Positions 26,415 to 32,000 of a stretch of DNA of 32,000 nucleotides are shown here, piece by piece (position 1 is the first letter of the stretch; every line of letters begins with the position of its first letter). The translations under genes and the position numbers were made by a program. The notes under the pieces were generated by a model that searched no databases, was not told where the DNA came from, and saw nothing but the letters and a program-made list of their open reading frames with translations. The stretch lies in contig NZ_CP042905.2 in NCBI RefSeq assembly GCF_008000775.2, forward strand, positions 4,260,001 through 4,292,000, read 5' to 3'. The stretch is from Promethearchaeum syntrophicum (GTDB taxonomy: Archaea; Asgardarchaeota; Lokiarchaeia; Sigyniarchaeales; Promethearchaeaceae).

Positions 26415-29312
26415 ATGACAGAACTAAATACTCATGATAACATAACTGAAAAATGGTTTCTTCTAACACCAAAAGAGACAGAAGAGAAATTACAATCATC
26501 TCTTACTGAGGGTTTATCCAGTAGTGAATCTTTAACTAGATTGGAGAAATATGGCCCAAACGAACTTCAAGCAGGAAAAAAAACCCCTCGTTGGTTGGTT
26601 TTTTTACAGCAATTTCAAGATCCTCTTATTTATATATTAATAGTTTCAGCCATTATATCGGCGGTTGCAGAACATGGCGGACATGATTGGATAGTAATCG
26701 CTGTGATCATTTTCTTAAATGCAATAATTGGATTTTTTCAAGAAGGCAAAGCAGATAAAGCTATAGAAGCTCTCAAAAATTATTCCGCCCCGGATGCTCA
26801 AGTTATTCGCGATGGTAAAGAAATCTCTATTAAAGCTCGTGAACTAGTTCCAGGAGATATAATTGTAATTCATGAAGGGGATATGATTCCAGCCGATGGT
26901 CGCATCTTTGAAGAAAAAAATTTGAAAGCTGAAGAAGCAGCATTAACAGGTGAAAGTGTTCCTGTTAATAAGAATATAAATATTATTGAAGATCCAGAAT
27001 GTCCTCTAGCTGAACATAAAAATATGCTCTTTTCATCAACTTTGGCTACCTATGGTAGGGGAAAAGTAATAATAACTGAAACAGGAATGCAAACTGAAGT
27101 TGGTAAAATCGCAACAATGATTTCCCAAGCTGAAGTAAAATTAACTCCTTTACAAAAAAATCTAGAAGATTTTGGTAAATGGCTAGGTCTTGTTATATTA
27201 TTTATTTGTGCTGTAGTTTTTCTATTGTATTGGTTGTTGGGAGGAGAACCTTGGCTTAAAGCATTATTATCTGGTGTGGCTTTAGCGGTTGCAGCGATAC
27301 CCGAAGGATTACCTGCTGTGGTCACTGTTTGTCTTGCGATTGGAGTGACACGAATGTCTAACAGAAATGCTATCGTTAAAAAATTGCACTCAGTTGAAAC
27401 CTTAGGATGTACTACTGTTATTTGTTCCGATAAAACTGGAACTCTTACAAAAAACGAGATGACTGTTAGGGCTATTTGGACCGGTGGAAAGATGTATGAA
27501 GTGTCTGGTTCCGGTTATGAACCCGAAGGTAAAATTACTCTAGCTGATCAAGAGGTATCAGTAGCCAATATACCAGATCTTGAAATGACATTAAGAATTG
27601 GAATATTATGCAATGATGCTCGAATCAATCAAGATGAAAAAACGGGAAAATGGAATACATTTGGAGATCCAACCGAAGGTTGTCTAGTTACTTCAGCATG
27701 GAAAGCGGGAATGGAACCAAAATCTACAAACGACAAATTTCCACGAATTGATGAAATTCCATTTGATTCTACTAGAAAAAGAATGTCATCAGTTAATGAA
27801 ATAAACGGAAAAAAAATGGCTTTGATTAAAGGGGCTACGGAAATCATTTTAGATTTTTGCAAAAATATTCAATCTGATGGAATAATTCGTCCAATTACAA
27901 ATGAAGACAAGAATCAAATAATTAAAGCATACGAACAGAAAGCCAGTGAAGCTTTGCGAGGACTAGGGTTTGCTTTTCGAGAAGCGGAAGGAATTCCAGT
28001 TGAGATTGAAGAGCTTGAAAAAGATTTAACATTTGTGGGAATGCAATTCATGATTGATCCCCCACGAGATGAAGTTAAAGTTGCAATGCAAGAATGTAAA
28101 GATGCTGGAATTGGAGTTAAAATGATCACAGGGGATAATCTAATAACTGCAACTGCTATTGCAGTAGAATTAGGTATGATTGAAAAAGGAGAAATTACTC
28201 ATGAAGGCAAAGATATCCCCAATATGACAGATGAAGATATTGAGAAATGTAAGGTATATGCACGAGTCAGTCCTGAACATAAACAAAATATAGTTAAAGC
28301 TCTGCAAAACAGACAACAAATTGTCGCTATGACAGGAGATGGAGTAAACGACGCTCCTGCTCTGAAAAACGCTAATGTCGGAGTAGCGATGGGTATTACT
28401 GGAACTGATGTATCAAAAGAAGCGGCAGTGATGGTTTTGGCTGATGATAATTTCGCCACTATAGTTCACGCTGTTGAGGAAGGTCGTGGAATTTATGATA
28501 ATATCAAAAAATTCATTCAATATCTCTTATCTTCAAACATCATGGAAGTGTTAGTGCTTTTAATCGCAGCAATTTTAACTCTTCCCCCCCCACTTGTTGC
28601 TACACAACTACTATGGATAAATTTAGTCACCGATGGTGCTCCCGCTTTAGCTTTAGGGTATGATCCATACGATCCAACTTTGATGAAACAACAACCACGC
28701 CCTTATAATGAACCAATCCTAACCAAAAACTTTGTCATCCAGATGTTTTTCCGAGGAGGAGTTAAAACCATTGTAATTCTTGGTATTTTTCTATTATATA
28801 TTTATCCTACGGCTTTACAACCGACTGAAATGCATTATGAAGATCTTGTTTATTTATATGAAAATGTTGACGGAATTGCCGAAACGCTTGGAGCAACGGT
28901 TGAAGGTTTGAGTGATTTAGAATTATTGGTAATAAAATATGAAGACCATTCTACTTTAAGCCTTTTATCTTCTCAAGAATTATTGTTAGATAGATACGTC
29001 ATGTGGCATGCAAGATCAGTGTGTTTCTTAGCAATGATGTTTGGGGAAATGGCAAATGCATTTAATTGTCGTTCGGAATACAGCTCCCTTTTTAAAATCG
29101 GACTTTTTACCAATAAAATCATGCTCTATGCTGTAGGAATTTCAACGATCTTGACCATAGCACTTTATATTCCAGGAAGTCCATTAGGTTTAATCTTTAA
29201 AGTCATTCCTATGCCTTTCCTTGAATGGTTGTGGCTTATTCCAATGATAATAATTGTTATAGGTTCTGTAGAATTAATGAAACTGTTTTACCGCAAGAAG
29301 CTAAATCTATAA
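26415..29312 (+). CDS. SERCA-like Ca2+-transporting P-type ATPase (P2A)
   Basis: Track GTG start at 26406; ATG at 26415. DKTGTLTKNEMT, TGES, KGATEIIL, MITGDN, TGDGVNDAPALK; TM4 AAIPEGLPA, TM5 SSNIMEV, TM6 WINLVTDGAPALALG, TM8 MFGEMANAFN. Confidence 0.93.
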   Translation: MTELNTHDNITEKWFLLTPKETEEKLQSSLTEGLSSSESLTRLEKYGPNELQAGKKTPRWLVFLQQFQDPLIYILIVSAIISAVAEHGGHDWIVIAVIIFLNAIIGFFQEGKADKAIEALKNYSAPDAQVIRDGKEISIKARELVPGDIIVIHEGDMIPADGRIFEEKNLKAEEAALTGESVPVNKNINIIEDPECPLAEHKNMLFSSTLATYGRGKVIITETGMQTEVGKIATMISQAEVKLTPLQKNLEDFGKWLGLVILFICAVVFLLYWLLGGEPWLKALLSGVALAVAAIPEGLPAVVTVCLAIGVTRMSNRNAIVKKLHSVETLGCTTVICSDKTGTLTKNEMTVRAIWTGGKMYEVSGSGYEPEGKITLADQEVSVANIPDLEMTLRIGILCNDARINQDEKTGKWNTFGDPTEGCLVTSAWKAGMEPKSTNDKFPRIDEIPFDSTRKRMSSVNEINGKKMALIKGATEIILDFCKNIQSDGIIRPITNEDKNQIIKAYEQKASEALRGLGFAFREAEGIPVEIEELEKDLTFVGMQFMIDPPRDEVKVAMQECKDAGIGVKMITGDNLITATAIAVELGMIEKGEITHEGKDIPNMTDEDIEKCKVYARVSPEHKQNIVKALQNRQQIVAMTGDGVNDAPALKNANVGVAMGITGTDVSKEAAVMVLADDNFATIVHAVEEGRGIYDNIKKFIQYLLSSNIMEVLVLLIAAILTLPPPLVATQLLWINLVTDGAPALALGYDPYDPTLMKQQPRPYNEPILTKNFVIQMFFRGGVKTIVILGIFLLYIYPTALQPTEMHYEDLVYLYENVDGIAETLGATVEGLSDLELLVIKYEDHSTLSLLSSQELLLDRYVMWHARSVCFLAMMFGEMANAFNCRSEYSSLFKIGLFTNKIMLYAVGISTILTIALYIPGSPLGLIFKVIPMPFLEWLWLIPMIIIVIGSVELMKLFYRKKLNL

Positions 29313-29459
29313 CAATCATGCAAGAAATAATTTTTTGTTTTTTTTTTTTTCCACAAAATCCAGAGAAATTTCTCTTTAGATAGAAAATTGGGAAAAAATA
29401 TAAAAAATATTTAATTGCTCACTCCATATAATCTATTAGATTATCTTCTATTCAAATGA

Positions 29460-29684
29460 GTGAAAAAGATGAAATTAAAAAATATTCTTAAATTTGTATT
29501 TTGGGTGGGTTTAATTTCAGCGTTGGTTATTATTTTAGTGTTAATTCCGAGTCTCGAGTATTATACCTTTAGCATTCTTATTATACTTGCAATATTCGGT
29601 CTTAAAAAAGTACAGGAACGATTTTGGGTAAGGAAAAAAGAATCTGTAGATCAAATTACGAATGCCTCTTTAGGTAAGCAATAA
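29460..29684 (+). CDS. Small two-TM protein, array copy 1 (type A)
   Basis: MKKMKLKNILKFVFWVGLISALVIILVLIPSLEYYTFSILIILAIFGLKKVQERFWVRKKESVDQITNASLGKQ; GTG at 29460 or ATG at 29469. Confidence 0.75.
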   Translation: MKKMKLKNILKFVFWVGLISALVIILVLIPSLEYYTFSILIILAIFGLKKVQERFWVRKKESVDQITNASLGKQ

Positions 29685-29769
29685 ATCTTTGAGACCTTTG
29701 AGAAAGATTTAGTTAATTATAAATTGCTTAACTCTATACAATTTAGTATATAGTCATCTGCCAAAAAGA

Positions 29770-30003
29770 GTGAAAAATGTGAAATCAAAAAACATTCTAA
29801 AATTTGGAATATGGATAGTTTTAATCTCGGCATTGGTTATCTCTTTATTCCTTATTCCTAACCTCGCGGAATATACATTTAGCGTTCTTATGATACTTAC
29901 AATATTCGCTCTTGCAAAATTACGGGAACGATTAGGGGTAAGGAAAAAATTATCTGCAGAGCAAGTTACGAATGCCTCTTTAGGTAATCGTTCTATGCAA
30001 TAA
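29770..30003 (+). CDS. Small two-TM protein, array copy 2 (type B)
   Basis: MKNVKSKNILKFGIWIVLISALVISLFLIPNLAEYTFSVLMILTIFALAKLRERLGVRKKLSAEQVTNASLGNRSMQ; GTG start. Confidence 0.75.
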   Translation: MKNVKSKNILKFGIWIVLISALVISLFLIPNLAEYTFSVLMILTIFALAKLRERLGVRKKLSAEQVTNASLGNRSMQ

Positions 30004-30088
30004 ATCTTTGAGGCATCTGAGAAAGATTTAGTTAATTATAAATACCTTAACTCTATACAATCTAATATATCCTCTTCTGCTTAAACGA

Positions 30089-30322
30089 GTGAAAAAGATG
30101 AAATCAATAAATCTCAAAAGATTTGGATTTTGGGTGGGTTTAATATCAGCTTTGGTTATAATATTAGTCTTAATTCCTAAGATCGAGCGATATACATTAT
30201 TTTTTCTTATTATACTTGCAATATTCGGTCTTGAAAAATTAGGGGAAAGAATATGTGTAAGGATAAAATTAACTGCAGAGCAAGTTACGAATGCCCATAT
30301 AAATAATCGTTCTAATCATTAA
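30089..30322 (+). CDS. Small two-TM protein, array copy 3 (type A')
   Basis: MKKMKSINLKRFGFWVGLISALVIILVLIPKIERYTLFFLIILAIFGLEKLGERICVRIKLTAEQVTNAHINNRSNH; GTG at 30089 or ATG at 30098. Confidence 0.75.
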   Translation: MKKMKSINLKRFGFWVGLISALVIILVLIPKIERYTLFFLIILAIFGLEKLGERICVRIKLTAEQVTNAHINNRSNH

Positions 30323-30407
30323 ATCTTTGAGGCATCTGAGAAAGATTTAGTTAATTATAAATTGCTTAACTCTATACAATTTAGTATATTATCATCTGCG
30401 ATCAAGA

Positions 30408-30665
30408 GTGAAAAATGTGAAATCAAAAAGCATTGTAAAAATTGGAGTTTGGACAGTTTTAACTTCAGCTTTGGCTATCTCCTTATTTCTAATTCCTACC
30501 CTCGCGGAATATATAATAGTTGTTCTCACTATACTCATTATATACGGTATTGCACAATTTACGGCCCAATTAAGGGTAAGAAAAGAGTTGTCCATAGATC
30601 AATCTATAAATACCTCTTTACAGTGCTCTGTCCTTTTAGTAGTTTTACTTATATTAATTCTATAA
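30408..30665 (+). CDS. Small membrane protein, array copy 4 (type B', divergent C-terminus)
   Basis: MKNVKSKSIVKIGVWTVLTSALAISLFLIPTLAEYIIVVLTILIIYGIAQFTAQLRVRKELSIDQSINTSLQ followed by a novel hydrophobic tail CSVLLVVLLILIL. Confidence 0.7.
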   Translation: MKNVKSKSIVKIGVWTVLTSALAISLFLIPTLAEYIIVVLTILIIYGIAQFTAQLRVRKELSIDQSINTSLQCSVLLVVLLILIL

Positions 30666-30698
30666 AATTAGGTTAAAAAAATAAAGGAAGAATATTGA

Positions 30699-31322
30699 TT
30701 ATTCTCCGAGTTCATCAAATGGAATATGCATAGTTTCAACTGAATTCATTGTAATTGCCATAATATCCATGGCATTTCCGGCCATTGCATCTCTTTTTAT
30801 TGCGTTTCTTACCACTTTTTTCATTAACTCAATGCCTTTTTTTACTGTCAGAGTTGGTTTATATTCTGCTTCCAAGATTGAAACTGCGAAGGTTGCTGAG
30901 CTTCCACTCACACCGTAATCGTCTTCCATTAAAGAACCAATAGCATCCATGGTGTAGACTCTAGGGCCATTTTCATCTATCCCTGCAACTTCTACATTAA
31001 CATATAAAGGAGCCATCTTTCTTTGATACATATAATTTGCTACCATTTTAGCCATAGCTTGAACTGAAATTTTATAGCCTTCTCGTAATTCATAGATGTT
31101 AGCTTGTGCATTCATGATTCGGGCTAATGCTTGGAAGTCTCCAATTAGACCGTAGCACGATATCGCTATCTTCTTGTCTTTTGTAAGAGGAAATATCTTC
31201 TTCACGTTCTTGTTATTAACCGTATAACCCCAAGTTGACCTTGTGTCATTACCTAAAACCACTCCATCCTTACATCTTATTGCCACGCTACAAGCGCCCG
31301 GAACCCAAATTTGCTGCGACAT
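30699..31322 (-). CDS. psmB: Proteasome beta subunit (20S), probably catalytically inactive paralog
   Basis: GACSVAIRCKDGVVLGNDTRSTWGYTVNNKNVKKIF aligns to archaeal beta subunits (GTTTVGI.CKDGVVLA.D.RATMG); GSLMEDDYGVSGSSATFAVSILE; RDAMAGNAMDIMAIT. Confidence 0.9.
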   Translation of the reverse strand: MSQQIWVPGACSVAIRCKDGVVLGNDTRSTWGYTVNNKNVKKIFPLTKDKKIAISCYGLIGDFQALARIMNAQANIYELREGYKISVQAMAKMVANYMYQRKMAPLYVNVEVAGIDENGPRVYTMDAIGSLMEDDYGVSGSSATFAVSILEAEYKPTLTVKKGIELMKKVVRNAIKRDAMAGNAMDIMAITMNSVETMHIPFDELGE

Positions 31323-31441
31323 AATCTTCAGTTTTTATAGTTTTCTATAGTTTTCTAATAGTTTCGCAATTTAAATTTTTTCTTGTTTATTTTTATTAGT
31401 AAATAACAAAATTATTTACGGAGTTCTACAAAAATTCAATC

Positions 31442-32000
31442 ATGAGAACTAATATTTCACAATTTGAGAGTGTTGGGTATGAGTATGCAAATAAGCTCAA
31501 AAAGACTCTCAAAATAAAAAATGTGGATGATTTTGTTAAATACCCTATTGAATTTATCCATGAAAAATCGGGTATTGAAATTAAGCGCCTAGAACAATTT
31601 TCTGATTTATTTGATCTATTTAGAGTACCAAATCTATCCGCTCGGGAAACCGAATTGTTGTATAACGCTAATATTAATTCAGTTACGGAACTTTCTCATC
31701 GCCAAGCTATAAGAATTTATTACAAATTAAAAAACATTGATGAGGAAACATATTTTATCATTTTGCAGTTACCTACGTTTGCCAAAATTGACGAATGGAT
31801 TTATTTTGCAAAAATGTTAACAAAACGAATAAAAATCGGGCTGAATATTCCGATTATCTTATTCCCAATGGTTTCAATAAGATCAGCCAGCGAATTAAAA
31901 AATTTTAAGATTTTCACAGCAAACGATTTTATTACTAAAGAACCAAATATCCCAAAAATATGGCGTATGGTTGATATGAAAAGAAGAGATTATAAAAAAC
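31442..32000 (+). CDS. Partial ORF running off the window; possible helix-hairpin-helix (DUF4332-like) protein
   Basis: Hand translation from ATG 31442 gives an open frame to the edge: MRTNISQFESVGYEYANKLKKTLKIKNVDDFVKYPIEFIHEKSGIEIKRLEQFSDLFDLFRVPNLSARETELLYNANINSVTELSHRQAIRIYYKLKNIDEETYFIILQLPTFAKIDEW... Confidence 0.6.
   Translation, partial: MRTNISQFESVGYEYANKLKKTLKIKNVDDFVKYPIEFIHEKSGIEIKRLEQFSDLFDLFRVPNLSARETELLYNANINSVTELSHRQAIRIYYKLKNIDEETYFIILQLPTFAKIDEWIYFAKMLTKRIKIGLNIPIILFPMVSIRSASELKNFKIFTANDFITKEPNIPKIWRMVDMKRRDYKK

Larger units (their letters stand above)
29460..30665 (+). repeat. Tandem array of four paralogous small membrane protein genes, period 310-319 bp, exact 85-nt spacers
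   Basis: Gene starts at 29460, 29770, 30089, 30408; gaps between stop and next start are 85, 85 and 85 nt. Spacer sequences are strongly conserved. Confidence 0.9.

Noticed and set aside
27050-28459. Several minus-strand ORFs opposite the Ca2+ ATPase
   Set aside because: All lie within conserved P-type ATPase motifs on the plus strand.
29460-30665. Possible CRISPR array because of regular spacing
   Set aside because: Repeat unit is ~310-319 bp and coding with conserved 85-nt spacers, not short direct repeats with unique spacers.
30362-30676. 104 aa plus-strand ORF and 67 aa minus-strand ORF overlapping array copy 4
   Set aside because: Copy 4 frame matches the other three paralogs; the alternatives are not preserved in the other copies.

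Overview
This AT-rich, gene-dense 32 kb window looks archaeal and is plausibly from an Asgard/Lokiarchaeia-like genome. The lineage is inferred from an archaeal-type proteasome beta subunit, secreted-protein architecture and gene content, and was not tested by phylogeny. Recognisable content, left to right: (1) a glycosyltransferase-2 / multi-TM acyltransferase-like fusion; (2) a minus-strand run of acyl-CoA synthetase (PrpE/Acs-like), hotdog thioesterase, metF, a stand-alone MetH activation-domain protein and a MetH core enzyme; (3) a lysine-tailed membrane protein with a four-fold internal repeat; (4) a secreted protein with a C-terminal membrane anchor; (5) a nitroreductase followed by a glycine cleavage cluster gcvT-gcvH-gcvPA-gcvPB; (6) a flavodoxin/2[4Fe-4S] protein; (7) a tightly packed four-gene minus-strand block of unknown function (174 aa ORFan, B12-binding radical SAM protein, DUF362-like protein lacking the KPN signature and carrying a charged coiled-coil tail, 541 aa ORFan); (8) an ACT-domain protein, a small Cys-rich protein and a class I/II aminotransferase; (9) a SERCA-like Ca2+ P-type ATPase; (10) a regular tandem array of four small two-TM protein genes separated by exactly 85 nt conserved spacers and alternating in type (A-B-A'-B'); (11) a proteasome beta subunit in which catalytic Thr1 and Ser169 appear replaced by Ala; (12) a truncated ORF at the right edge. 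The best candidates for something undescribed are the radical SAM/DUF362-like operon, the alternating small-TM array and the apparently inactive proteasome beta subunit. No CRISPR array, rRNA or tRNA was recognised by eye.
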